Source: an uncultured delta proteobacterium (GTDB taxonomy: Bacteria; Desulfobacterota; Binatia; Binatales; Binataceae). Taken from it: a stretch of 64,000 nucleotides of DNA. Numbering within the stretch: position 1 is the first letter of the stretch; each line of letters opens with the position of its first letter. Below, in pieces: positions 1-10,608 of this stretch. The stretch spans positions 3,616,001 through 3,680,000 of the forward strand of contig CAWEEQ010000004.1 in NCBI GenBank assembly GCA_963808235.1, written 5' to 3'. The notes under the pieces were generated by a model. It saw only the letters and a program-made list of their open reading frames with translations. It made no database searches and was not told the origin of the DNA. The translations under genes and the position numbers were made by a program.

Positions 1-6
1 CTTTCA

Positions 7-1068
7 TCAACTTAGAAAGTGTACCGCGATTGCGACGTTGCTCACTACGAATGAGGCTGGGATTAGCCATCTGGAGTATCTGCGGATGCGCAGGCCGAGG
101 TCGCGGCGCTGCTCGATGCGATGGGTTACGTGGACGATCATAAGCTCGACGACCGCGATGAAGACGTAGATGTAGCACTCCAGAAAGAACGCATCGATGT
201 AGGTCAGGTAGGGGAGACGCGGCATCGTCGCGGAGATTGCGAATGCGAACGCGATGACGGTCAGAATGGTGGTGACCGCGACCTGGATCTGGTTGGAGAG
301 ATCGTTCGCCTCGATCCAGAACACCGCCCATGAGAGGAACACCATCAGCAGCAGGGGCAGAAACACCTTCCATACGTAGAAGCTCGAGCGGCGCTCGACG
401 GAGATCGCGAACCTCGCCTCGGGGACGGTGAGGCCGCCGTAGGTCGGGGCCGTGCCTACTTGCGGTTTGACCGTGGTCAGATGCCACTGCGCTAGCGACG
501 AGTAGCTCTCGAACTCGCTCGCCGTCCAGGTCGCATTATCGGCGCGAGTGAACCTGGTCCGGGGTCCATCGACGAGGAAGGGATGAATGATGATTACCAG
601 AGATTGGCGATCGAACGGGAAGCGTCTAAGCGCGAATCGCGACGACATCGCGACCTTGCATCGTTCGGCGTAGTTCACGGTGCCATTGGGAGAGACTCGA
701 ATCGAGATATCCGCACGCTGGCGCGGCGATGCAGCGTTGATCATCTCGAGCTGCGGAATCCAGATCTGCCCGAGCGCGTAGTTTCGCTCATGGTCGTCGG
801 GACCGGCGGGCGTGAACGCGAGGCGCGGATCGATCCAGTGTGCGAACAAGTACGCGTCCATCTGGAACTGCTCGCTCACTTCGTCGATCGACGCGATATT
901 CACAATGTGCAGGGCAATCGCGATATCGAGCGGCTGGCCATGGTACGGAGGCGGCTGCAAGATCGGATCGGTTGCGATTCCCATCGGCGCGGCCTGGCCC
1001 GCGACACACCACAACATCACGCTCGCGACGGCCACCGTCGCCACGAGCGCCCGCCCGATTCGTATCAT
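7..1068 (-). CDS. Pentameric ligand-gated ion channel (GLIC/ELIC-like, Pro-loop receptor)
   Basis: Signal peptide; IWIPQLEMIN, FPFDRQ Pro-loop, pre-M1 ERR, M1 VFLPLLLMVFLSWAVFWI, M2-M3 loop MPRLPYLT; four C-terminal TM helices. Confidence 0.92.
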   Translation of the reverse strand: MIRIGRALVATVAVASVMLWCVAGQAAPMGIATDPILQPPPYHGQPLDIAIALHIVNIASIDEVSEQFQMDAYLFAHWIDPRLAFTPAGPDDHERNYALGQIWIPQLEMINAASPRQRADISIRVSPNGTVNYAERCKVAMSSRFALRRFPFDRQSLVIIIHPFLVDGPRTRFTRADNATWTASEFESYSSLAQWHLTTVKPQVGTAPTYGGLTVPEARFAISVERRSSFYVWKVFLPLLLMVFLSWAVFWIEANDLSNQIQVAVTTILTVIAFAFAISATMPRLPYLTYIDAFFLECYIYVFIAVVELMIVHVTHRIEQRRDLGLRIRRYSRWLIPASFVVSNVAIAVHFLS

Positions 1069-1087
1069 CCCCGCCTAATCCTCCTCC

Positions 1088-2653
<1,566 letters not shown>

Positions 2654-2913
2654 CTATATTTGTAGCGGCCGGGATTCCCGGGCCTTCTCCTCCGAGTCGT
2701 ATACTTTGCAATCTGTCTGTTTTGACCATCATTATTCTAACCCTGCGCGAACGTCGTGGCAGCGCCAATAGCCGCTCTACACACTACCCCCGCGCGCCCT
2801 TTTCAGAGCCGCCCTGTCGATATAGGTTATGGCGCGTGCTCTCGACAATAGGGCACAAAAGTATCAGGAAAGAGAATGAGGACTAGATTTTCTAGCGAGG
2901 CTTAACACCTACC

Positions 2914-3273
2914 ATGCCCTGGACAATTACCCGTCTCTGCATCGATTGCATCGACACCGGATGCGTCAGCGTTTGTCCGGTCGACTGCATCTACGAATAC
3001 ATTGGAACGGACAAGGAAAAATTCCCCAACCAGCTCTATATAGATCCGGACGAGTGTATCGATTGCGGCGCCTGCGAGCCCGAGTGCCCGTGGCAGGCGA
3101 TTTTCGAGGAGCCGGCGGTGCCCGACGTCCTGAAGGACGACATCGCGCTGAACCACGCGATCCTCGAGATCAAGGATCAGTTCAAGGTGATGCCGTTCAA
3201 AAAGGTCGAGCATCCGACCGCCGACCAGGTTGCCGCGAACAAGAAGAAGTGGGGAGTCGATCCGAATAGCTGA
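2914..3273 (+). CDS. Dicluster (FdxA-like 7Fe/8Fe) ferredoxin
   Basis: [19 protein letters not shown] and [19 protein letters not shown]. Confidence 0.92.
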   Translation: MPWTITRLCIDCIDTGCVSVCPVDCIYEYIGTDKEKFPNQLYIDPDECIDCGACEPECPWQAIFEEPAVPDVLKDDIALNHAILEIKDQFKVMPFKKVEHPTADQVAANKKKWGVDPNS

Positions 3274-3301
3274 CCGCTCCGTCCTACTGAAATCGCGAAC
3301 G

Positions 3302-3907
3302 ATGATACGTCTGTACGACTACCTGCCGTCGGGCAATGGCTACAAGGTTCGCCTGCTCCTGACCCAGCTTGGGACTCCATTCGAGCGGGTCGAACTGGAC
3401 ATCCTGAAGGGCGAGACGCGCACGGCGGAGTTTCTGCGCAAATATCCCAACGGACGAATTCCCGCCGTAGAGCTCGACGATGGCAGGCTGCTCTTCGAGT
3501 CGAATGCGATCATCATGTACTTCGCGGAGGGGACGGCGTTTCTGTCCGCGGATCGTTTCGAGCGGGCCGAGACTCTGCAGTGGCTATTCTTCGAGCAGTA
3601 TAGCCACGAGCCGTATATCGCGAGCGTCCGCTTTCTCGTGATGCATCCGCAGGTGCAGGACGAGCGCCGGCAGATTCTCGACATGATGCGGCGGCGGGGG
3701 TATGACGCGCTCGGGGTGATGGAGGGACATCTGAAGTCGCGCGAGTGGTTCGTCGGCACGCGCTATTCGGTCGCGGACATCGCGCTCTATGCGTACACGA
3801 ACGTGGCCGAAGAAGGCGGCTTCGACTTGTCGGGATATCCAGCGACTCGGGCGTGGCTCGATCGCGTCAAATCACAGCCTCGCCACATTCCAATCACGCA
3901 AGGTTGA
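3302..3907 (+). CDS. Glutathione S-transferase family protein
   Basis: SGNGYKVRL, PNGRIPAV, LFESNAII, SVADIALYAY; start placed at ATG 3302. Confidence 0.92.
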   Translation: MIRLYDYLPSGNGYKVRLLLTQLGTPFERVELDILKGETRTAEFLRKYPNGRIPAVELDDGRLLFESNAIIMYFAEGTAFLSADRFERAETLQWLFFEQYSHEPYIASVRFLVMHPQVQDERRQILDMMRRRGYDALGVMEGHLKSREWFVGTRYSVADIALYAYTNVAEEGGFDLSGYPATRAWLDRVKSQPRHIPITQG

Positions 3908-4136
3908 GCCGTCCACTCCTTTCAAGGAAGATTCGGCCGAGTGGGGCCAGCTCGACGAGCATCTCGGCGCCGTCTATGTGGCGTCGAATTACGAAGCCGT
4001 GCTCGTTAGCATCTTCCCAGACTGTGAGCCTCGGGCATGAGGTGCGCCAGGCGTCCATGACCTCGGAATACGGGCGCGGTCGCGCCGCTATCCATTCGAG
4101 AAAATCCAGGACCAGAGGGGTGAGCGTGTCGGTCAT
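3894..4136 (-). CDS. Small conserved-looking hypothetical protein (possible winged helix)
   Basis: 80 aa with normal composition; LEWIAARPRPYSEVMDAWRTSCPRLTVWEDA resembles small proteobacterial hypotheticals. Confidence 0.65.
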   Translation of the reverse strand: MTDTLTPLVLDFLEWIAARPRPYSEVMDAWRTSCPRLTVWEDANEHGFVIRRHIDGAEMLVELAPLGRIFLERSGRLNLA

Positions 4137-4137
4137 C

Positions 4138-4197
4138 GTCTTAAGCGCCCGTGTCTTGAGCGCCCGTGTCTTAAGCGCCCACGTCTTAAGCGCCTGC
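4138..4197. repeat. 4x 15-bp tandem repeat
   Basis: gtcttaagcgcccgt gtcttgagcgcccgt gtcttaagcgcccac gtcttaagcgcctgc. Confidence 0.9.
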
Positions 4198-4249
4198 TCT
4201 TGCGATGCTAGCCCGGTCCCGGCTTTGGCGCCAACGATTGGCCGCTTTG

Positions 4250-4684
4250 CTATTGCGTGATGACCATCGCGGCGGTGCGGGTGAGCGGGATGCTGACCGA
4301 GGAGACCAACTGTGTCAGCGGCGGAAAGTTATAGCTGACGACGACGGTAACCACGCTTCCGGGTTTGTTGTTGGGCGCCCAGGTCGTGGTCACGGTCAAC
4401 AGACTCGTGTTCAGGACGCCGACGGCTAGACCGTTGACGTAATTCTGAACATCGGTCGTCGACGCGGGATGTGTCGCGGTGGTTCCGTGTACGGTCGCAT
4501 AGCGAACGGCCTGCTGGGCGCTGTAGCACACCCAGTCGTAGGAATAGAGCGCGAGGGCGAAGTTCATGATCGCGAAAAACAGCATCAGGCACGGCGTGAG
4601 CACCAGCGCAAACTCGGCCATCGCCTGTCCGCGATTGCGGCCGCGCCGAAGTGCGGACGAACGCAATGTACGATTCGGATCCAT
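4250..4684 (-). CDS. TadE/TadF-like pseudopilin
   Basis: Prepilin motif RGQAMAEFAL followed by a hydrophobic helix; AQQAVRYA. Confidence 0.88.
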   Translation of the reverse strand: MDPNRTLRSSALRRGRNRGQAMAEFALVLTPCLMLFFAIMNFALALYSYDWVCYSAQQAVRYATVHGTTATHPASTTDVQNYVNGLAVGVLNTSLLTVTTTWAPNNKPGSVVTVVVSYNFPPLTQLVSSVSIPLTRTAAMVITQ

Positions 4685-4689
4685 ACTGA

Positions 4690-5148
4690 CTACTGCACAA
4701 CCCGCATGGTGGCTTTTCCCGGCACCGACATCGCCGGCAGGGCGCCCATGAAATTGATCAGCGGAGAGTACGGGGCCGCCGTGATCACTTGCGTGTACAC
4801 CAATCGATGACTGCCGGCGCAGTCGGTCGCGAGGCAGGTCGACGCGGTCCCATCGGAGCATACGCAGAAGTGGCTGGCGGTCGCCGTCATGGAGGTAAGA
4901 TTGGGCGCGTTGTTAGACGCCGCCAGCTGCATCCCGGTATTGTCGTTTGCGGTGGTAAGGTTCTGCGCACCGTACTGAACGCCGGCTCGCGCCGCGTTGC
5001 CGACCGAAATCGCGATGTAGTACGCGCGCCCGGTCTCCACAACGACCAGGAACATCATCAGCATCAGCGGCATGCTGAGCGCGAGCTCCACCGCCGCCTG
5101 CCCTCGCGACCGTCGCACAATCCGCCCGCCATGTGCGATCGTACTCAT
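4690..5148 (-). CDS. TadE-like pseudopilin
   Basis: RGQAAVELALSMPLMLMM, NAARAGVQYG, Cys-rich C-terminus. Confidence 0.9.
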   Translation of the reverse strand: MSTIAHGGRIVRRSRGQAAVELALSMPLMLMMFLVVVETGRAYYIAISVGNAARAGVQYGAQNLTTANDNTGMQLAASNNAPNLTSMTATASHFCVCSDGTASTCLATDCAGSHRLVYTQVITAAPYSPLINFMGALPAMSVPGKATMRVVQ

Positions 5149-6446
5149 TCAACCAGCACGGTTCCCTTTATCGGCGAGCCGCCGGCAAGCGAGGAATAGT
5201 TGGTGCCGAGCGTCGAATTGCCGCTGACGCTGACCTTATCAGCGACCACAATGCTGTAGCCGTTGACGCTGCTGTTGCCGCCGTAGGTTAGGGTGGTCGT
5301 CGGGAAGTAGAGCGCGCCATCGTAGGTCGATCCCGCGTTCCCGCCCACCGTCGCGCCCGCGGTGCCAAGGGGAGTCGCTCGATCCTGAAAAAACAAAATT
5401 CCCGTCAGCGGTCCCGAAGTCGGCGCGCTGAAATTCGCGTTCAGATTTCCGGTCATCGAGAGTGGCTGGTAGCCGCCGGTTCCAGTGGTGTTGTAAAACG
5501 TCACCCCGGTCCCGTTCATATTGGCGTTGCCATTTACACTGAACCCGCCGCCGGCGAGCACGTAGGTTCCCGGGTTGAAGTGCAGCCACGTATTGCCGTG
5601 GAGCGTGATGCCCCCGCAATAGGTGCCCGGATAAAGCTGGTAGTAACTGCTGCTGCTGCCGGTGTTCCCGGTAAAAGAAAGCGAAGTGAAGTTGCACGTT
5701 CCGACGGTGGGCGCCTGCAGATAGGCGAGCGGATCGGACGCCGCAATTACTCCGGTCTTAGGCGCCGGAGTAAAGCTGCCGGCGGGGCCGCTGAAACCGC
5801 CCACCACTCCGATCATCGGCGCCGTGATTGTGCCGCTTCCGCTGACGGTGAGGCCGGTAGAGGAACTCGAATCGACCAGCAGACCGCAACCGCTGCTCAC
5901 GACCGCGCTGCCGCTGACCGTCATCGCGCCCGTCGCGCCCGGGTCCATCACATAGATGCAGTTGGGGCCGTTGCCGTTGGACGCGACCGCGCGCGCCGAT
6001 ACGGTGATCGAAGTGATTCCGAGCACGCGCAGAAAATACGTCGGCTCGGGCTTCGACACGATCGCCTCGACATCCGTAGAGTTCGACGTATTCGGTCCTG
6101 TGCTCGGAGGATTGTTGATAGCCACGCTGACGCTGGCCTGGCCGTTGGTGTACCCGTTGCTGGCCGCGTCAGCCTTTCCCGCCACGACCTGATCGCCGTA
6201 GTTCAATTCCTCGGCGGCGGCCATCGCGGCGCTGTCCGCCGCGGTCTGCATCAGGTTCCTCTGATCCTGCATAAAGCCGACGTCAGTGACCACGGCAACC
6301 ATGCCCATGATCGCGATCAGCGCGACGCAGATCAGTATCACCACCTGGCCGCTTGGGCTTGCGGTCATGGTCATCCGCAAGCTCATCAGGTTGTTGGACA
6401 GGTGGCGCACCCGGTGGCGCGGCGCGGCTGGAACTATGTTCATCAT
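5145..6446 (-). CDS. TadG-like Flp pilus protein with G/S/T-rich C-terminal adhesin-like region
   Basis: SGQVVILI + TM + DVG; MQTAADSAAMAAA; PGTYCGG and NPGTYVL beta-helix-like repeats. Confidence 0.85.
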   Translation of the reverse strand: MMNIVPAAPRHRVRHLSNNLMSLRMTMTASPSGQVVILICVALIAIMGMVAVVTDVGFMQDQRNLMQTAADSAAMAAAEELNYGDQVVAGKADAASNGYTNGQASVSVAINNPPSTGPNTSNSTDVEAIVSKPEPTYFLRVLGITSITVSARAVASNGNGPNCIYVMDPGATGAMTVSGSAVVSSGCGLLVDSSSSTGLTVSGSGTITAPMIGVVGGFSGPAGSFTPAPKTGVIAASDPLAYLQAPTVGTCNFTSLSFTGNTGSSSSYYQLYPGTYCGGITLHGNTWLHFNPGTYVLAGGGFSVNGNANMNGTGVTFYNTTGTGGYQPLSMTGNLNANFSAPTSGPLTGILFFQDRATPLGTAGATVGGNAGSTYDGALYFPTTTLTYGGNSSVNGYSIVVADKVSVSGNSTLGTNYSSLAGGSPIKGTVLVE

Positions 6447-6649
6447 TTAGCGATCACTCCAGCTTGAGGAGCACCGCCCGTGCCATCGAATTAGTCGTAT
6501 CGCCGCAACACGACGATCAACCCGGTGTCCCAAGGCGACAGCCAGACTGTCCGGTTATGACTCTGCCGATGACATCAATACCCCGGGTCGCTGAAATACC
6601 CGGCGCAATGTCGAAAAAGGTTTGACGATGTCGTTGGTTCGATGCCCGG

Positions 6650-7186
6650 CTATGCTACTTCCTCTATTGCCGCCATCAAAGAGCGCAGGTCGAAAGGACC
6701 GTCGTGACGCACCCCGTTAATGAAGAAGGTCGGTGTGCCGTTGACTCCGCTGCGCACCCCGCTGCGAAAATCTGCGCGCACGCGCTCGGCGTATAGATGC
6801 TCGCCCATCTCGCGAACGAATCTGGGCACGTCGAGGCCGAGCGCGCCCGCATACTGCACCAGGTCTGGCGCATCGAGGGCGTCCTGATTTTCGTAGAGCA
6901 GGTCGTGCATCTCCCAGAACTTGCCCTGCGCGCCTGCCGCCTCGGCCGCCTCGGCGGCGTTTTCGGCGTGGGGATGCGACTCGTTTAGCGGGAAGTTTCG
7001 AAAGACTAGGCGCATCTGATCGCCGAGCCGTTTCTGGAGGGCCTTGACTATCGGATAGGCTTCGCCGCAAAAGGGACACTCGTAGTCGCCGTATTCGACC
7101 AGCGTCACGGGAGCCTTCGACGGCCCATCGGCGTGATCGTTCGCGCCGACCGGCGGTTTCAACTTCGCGGTCGCAGTTGGAGTCAT
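6650..7186 (-). CDS. DsbA-family thioredoxin-fold protein (no signal peptide)
   Basis: EYGDYECPFCG, FRNFPL, GKFWEMHD, GVNGTPTFFING; start at ATG 7186. Confidence 0.92.
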   Translation of the reverse strand: MTPTATAKLKPPVGANDHADGPSKAPVTLVEYGDYECPFCGEAYPIVKALQKRLGDQMRLVFRNFPLNESHPHAENAAEAAEAAGAQGKFWEMHDLLYENQDALDAPDLVQYAGALGLDVPRFVREMGEHLYAERVRADFRSGVRSGVNGTPTFFINGVRHDGPFDLRSLMAAIEEVA

Positions 7187-7197
7187 GCGGTCACCTG

Positions 7198-7692
7198 TTA
7201 CTTCGCGCCGAGCGCTTCCAGAGCCGTCAAGATACCATCGGCGCCGGGATTGACGCCGACCGGTGAGAGATAGCTCCAGGCAATCGTTCCCTTTGGATCG
7301 ATCACGAAGAGCGCCCGCTCGGTGACGCCCTCTCGTTCCCGATAAGCGCCGTAGAGCCGCGCGACGGCTCCCTTGGGCTCGAAATCGGAAAGTAACGGGA
7401 AGTGCAACTTCCGCTCGCTGGCGAACGCGGCGTGGCACCAGGAGCCATCGACCGATATCCCGACGATCGCCGCCTTGAAGGCGTGGAACTCCGACAGCAC
7501 CTCATTGTATAGCGCCATCTGATCGCCGCACACGGGACTCCAGTCAGCCGGGTAGAAAGCGATGATCAGTGGAGATCCTTTAAAATCGGACAAAGAGACA
7601 ATTTGGTCCGGAGTGCTATGCAGCGCGAAATCAGGGGCCGGAGTGCCGGGCGCGAGTATCTTGTTTGCGTTTGCTTTTTCGCTGGTTGCCAT
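7198..7692 (-). CDS. Peroxiredoxin (AhpC/TSA family)
   Basis: APDFAL, FYPADWSPVC, GISVD, FPLLSDF, ERALFVID; GGAGG RBS upstream of ATG 7692. Confidence 0.9.
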   Translation of the reverse strand: MATSEKANANKILAPGTPAPDFALHSTPDQIVSLSDFKGSPLIIAFYPADWSPVCGDQMALYNEVLSEFHAFKAAIVGISVDGSWCHAAFASERKLHFPLLSDFEPKGAVARLYGAYREREGVTERALFVIDPKGTIAWSYLSPVGVNPGADGILTALEALGAK

Positions 7693-7804
7693 GATGGTGG
7701 ACCCTCCTACTTTCTCTGGTGGCAGGCGCAAAGTGGTTCGCGGAACTTTTAACTTTGTAACTAACTCTTAAACGAAGCGTGCGGGAGTGTTCGATCTCGT
7801 CTGA

Positions 7805-7922
7805 CGATCGTAACCCGGCCGGCGCTGTTATGACAAATCGGTTTCGAGCGCCCGGGCGGTGCAAACCAGTCATCGTGATTTGCTCACCAGATAGTCGTTA
7901 GCGGCTACCGGGTTAACGATCG
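7805..7922. other. Candidate structured RNA or degenerate miniature element (closing stem plus three inner hairpins)
   Basis: cgatcgtaacccgg (7805-7818) pairs with ccgggttaacgatcg (7908-7922); internal hairpins visible. Confidence 0.4.
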
Positions 7923-8266
7923 CGTGACTATGCTCATTAGAAATCGCATCGTCGCAGCTAATCCTGATCGGCGGAGCTAATAATACTTATGTTCGCGATC
8001 AGCAGCGATCAAAGGTTATTGACGGTGGCCTCAGCGCAACAGAACCTGCCAAAGCGCTGACAATTGCTTGATTGGCCTCAGGTTCATTGATCCCGGCAGG
8101 TTGATGGGGCCAATTCGAGTATTAGCAGAGATTATGTTGAAAGGAGCGGAACCATGAACTCGCGGTAATCAGAAGGAAATACATTTGACGACTTACATCA
8201 ACCTGCCCTAATGTCAAAATTGTCACGGACGCGGCAAATTCGCCCGTTCTTTATTTGGAGGCTCGT

Positions 8267-9583
8267 ATGCGAATGCAGAAAAAGATGTCGTCATGGGTTA
8301 CGACGACCATGGTGGCCCTGGCGCTGCTCGCAATTGGGGCGTTCAGCTCTCCAGGGTACGCGCAGGTTAAACCCGGTGATTTCATTACGCCGGATAACGC
8401 AACCAAGGTTAAGGATTTGGTGGGTCCGGGCGTCTACTACAAGGTCGAGCGCGGCATGTCGATGAAGATCGTGCCGACCCAGCGGGTCGATTGGCCGCCG
8501 CCGTACAAGGATGCGACGGAAAAATATTCGGCGCAGGTCCGTCTGTCGCAAGACAAACGCTCGATCGTCGGCTTCGTCGCGGGTCAGCCGTTTCCTTTGA
8601 TTGACGCCAACGATCCCGATGTCGCGGTCAAGGTCATCTGGAACAACGTGTTCCGGCCGATTACTTCCGACGACTACGATCTGCGCTACTACGACTGCGA
8701 TTCTGAATACGAGAAGAAGGGTCCGCAGACCGGTCAAATCGAGTATTTCCAGATCGGCCACTACGCCGGTTACGATCTCGTAGGCCGCACCGAAGTCGAG
8801 CCGCTTCCTACCGACCCCGACTTCAAGACCACCGGCCGTTACTGGCTGTTCGCGTTGTACCCGCTGCTTGCTCCGCAGGAAATTCGCGGAACCGGATTCA
8901 TCCGATGGCGCTACGCCGATCCGAAACGCGGAGACGATATCTGGAGCCTGGGCGCCGGCGCGCGCCGTATCCGCCGCGTCAACGAGTCGATCATGAGCTC
9001 GTCGACCACCGCGGGTGGAACCTCGGCGCACGCATGGGATCCCGATCATTACTCGGGCTTCAATCCCAAGACTGAGCAGTATCTCTACAAATTCCTCGGC
9101 GAGAAGAACATGCTCGCGACTATCCACGCCGAGCATTCACCTGAGTCACGATGTCCGACTGACGGCGGCTCCAGCGCATGCCCCGAAGCATGGGAGATGC
9201 GCCACATGTACATCGTCGAGGCGGTTCCCGATCGCTCGCGCATCAACGCGCTTGATTCCCGCACCGTCATTTTCATGGACAGTGAAATGTGGTTCGAGCC
9301 ATACATCGACACCTACGATCGTGCCGGCCATCTCTTCCGCGCGCATATCTACTGGCTGGCCACTCGCGATCGGCCGGTGCCCGATGCGAAGGTCGCGATC
9401 TATCCGTTTAAGCGCTCTTTCGTCGTAGGCGCGGTCTCGACCGACGTGCAATCCGGCCTGGCGACGATGTGCTATCTGCCGGGAATGGAAACCCCGGAGC
9501 GTGAGTGCTGGTACATCAACATGGGCGCGGTGGATCGGAGCTTCTTCACCACCGACGCGATGTTCCGGGCAGCATCGTTCTAG
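8267..9583 (+). CDS. DUF1329-family exported protein
   Basis: Signal peptide; VKPGDFITPDNA, YKDATEKY, GQPFP, DPDVAVKVIWN, RRIRR; GGAGG RBS. Confidence 0.8.
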   Translation: MRMQKKMSSWVTTTMVALALLAIGAFSSPGYAQVKPGDFITPDNATKVKDLVGPGVYYKVERGMSMKIVPTQRVDWPPPYKDATEKYSAQVRLSQDKRSIVGFVAGQPFPLIDANDPDVAVKVIWNNVFRPITSDDYDLRYYDCDSEYEKKGPQTGQIEYFQIGHYAGYDLVGRTEVEPLPTDPDFKTTGRYWLFALYPLLAPQEIRGTGFIRWRYADPKRGDDIWSLGAGARRIRRVNESIMSSSTTAGGTSAHAWDPDHYSGFNPKTEQYLYKFLGEKNMLATIHAEHSPESRCPTDGGSSACPEAWEMRHMYIVEAVPDRSRINALDSRTVIFMDSEMWFEPYIDTYDRAGHLFRAHIYWLATRDRPVPDAKVAIYPFKRSFVVGAVSTDVQSGLATMCYLPGMETPERECWYINMGAVDRSFFTTDAMFRAASF

Positions 9584-9612
9584 CGAATCGACTCAAGCGA
9601 CAACTCGTAAAC

Positions 9613-9650
9613 AACGGGCGCGGTCATCAGATCGCGCCCGTTTCTTATTC
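9613..9650 (+). terminator. Intrinsic terminator between convergent genes
   Basis: aacgggcgcggtc-atca-gatcgcgcccgtt followed by a T-rich tail. Confidence 0.7.
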
Positions 9651-9675
9651 TGTCGTCGCTGCGAGGGAAAATCGA

Positions 9676-10608
9676 CTACACAATTCGCTTCTGGCCGTGC
9701 TTGAATCCGCCCTGCTCGCCGATCGCGTCGTCCTTGCGCTCGGGCTGATGCTCGCGCTCGCGACGACGTCCGCGGCCCTGCCCCTGGCCCAGAGCCTTGG
9801 CTTGCGGTTGCTGCGACTGCGATTGTGCCGGCTGATTTCCCCGTTCGCGGCGCGCGCCGGCGTCGACCGGCACAATTTCGATCGAGCGGAGGAATCCTTC
9901 GCCTGACGAGCGAGTGGCGATCATCGGATCATCCTTCAATGCCAGATGCACGACGCGGCGATCGCGGGGCGGCATCGGATCGAGTCGCACGGCGTGATGC
10001 TCACGTTTGGCGCGCTCGCCGACCGACAGCGCCATGCGATGCAACTGCTGGCGTCGGCGCGAGCGATACGATTCAGTCTCGAGCGAAATCGGCGCCGCAT
10101 CCTTGATTCTGCGCGCCAGGATCCGGTTCACGATGTACTCGAGAGCATCGAGGGTCTGCCCATGGCGCCCGATAAGAATTCCCGAACCGTCGCCCCTGAT
10201 TTCCAGCTCGACTGATTCCGCGTCGATCTCTATTTGCCGGACCTCGGCCCGCTCGCCCATCTTTTCGAGGATCTGTTTCAGGATCACAGTTGCCTCGCGG
10301 CGCTGCTCTTCCTGGTCGGCACTCTTGCGACCAGCTCCGCTCCCGTCGTCCGGAGTCGCGTCCGCCCGCTTCGGCGCGGCCGTCTTATCGGCGGTTCCCG
10401 CGCCTTCATCGCGACTCGCGGCATGCGCGGATTTTCGCGTGACTCGCACTCGTGCCTGGCGCGAGCCCAGTCCGAGCACGCCTGCGCGCGGAGTCGCAAG
10501 CACTTCGACGATCACCTGGTCCTCGCGCACCGAAAGCTGCTCGAGGGCTTCCCTTGTCGCCTCTTCTACCGAAGCGGCCTCTATTTCTATCGAGTCCATA
10601 TTGCTCAT
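9676..10608 (-). CDS. jag: Jag/EloR (KhpB) RNA-binding protein
   Basis: Jag_N domain, KH LIGRHGQTLDALEY, R3H RDRRVVH; located after yidC. Confidence 0.93.
   Translation of the reverse strand: MSNMDSIEIEAASVEEATREALEQLSVREDQVIVEVLATPRAGVLGLGSRQARVRVTRKSAHAASRDEGAGTADKTAAPKRADATPDDGSGAGRKSADQEEQRREATVILKQILEKMGERAEVRQIEIDAESVELEIRGDGSGILIGRHGQTLDALEYIVNRILARRIKDAAPISLETESYRSRRRQQLHRMALSVGERAKREHHAVRLDPMPPRDRRVVHLALKDDPMIATRSSGEGFLRSIEIVPVDAGARRERGNQPAQSQSQQPQAKALGQGQGRGRRREREHQPERKDDAIGEQGGFKHGQKRIV

Noticed and set aside
7860-7920. c-di-GMP-I riboswitch (GCAAACC)
   Set aside because: It lacks the GAAA-capped stem and GACGCAAAG/CCUAA elements
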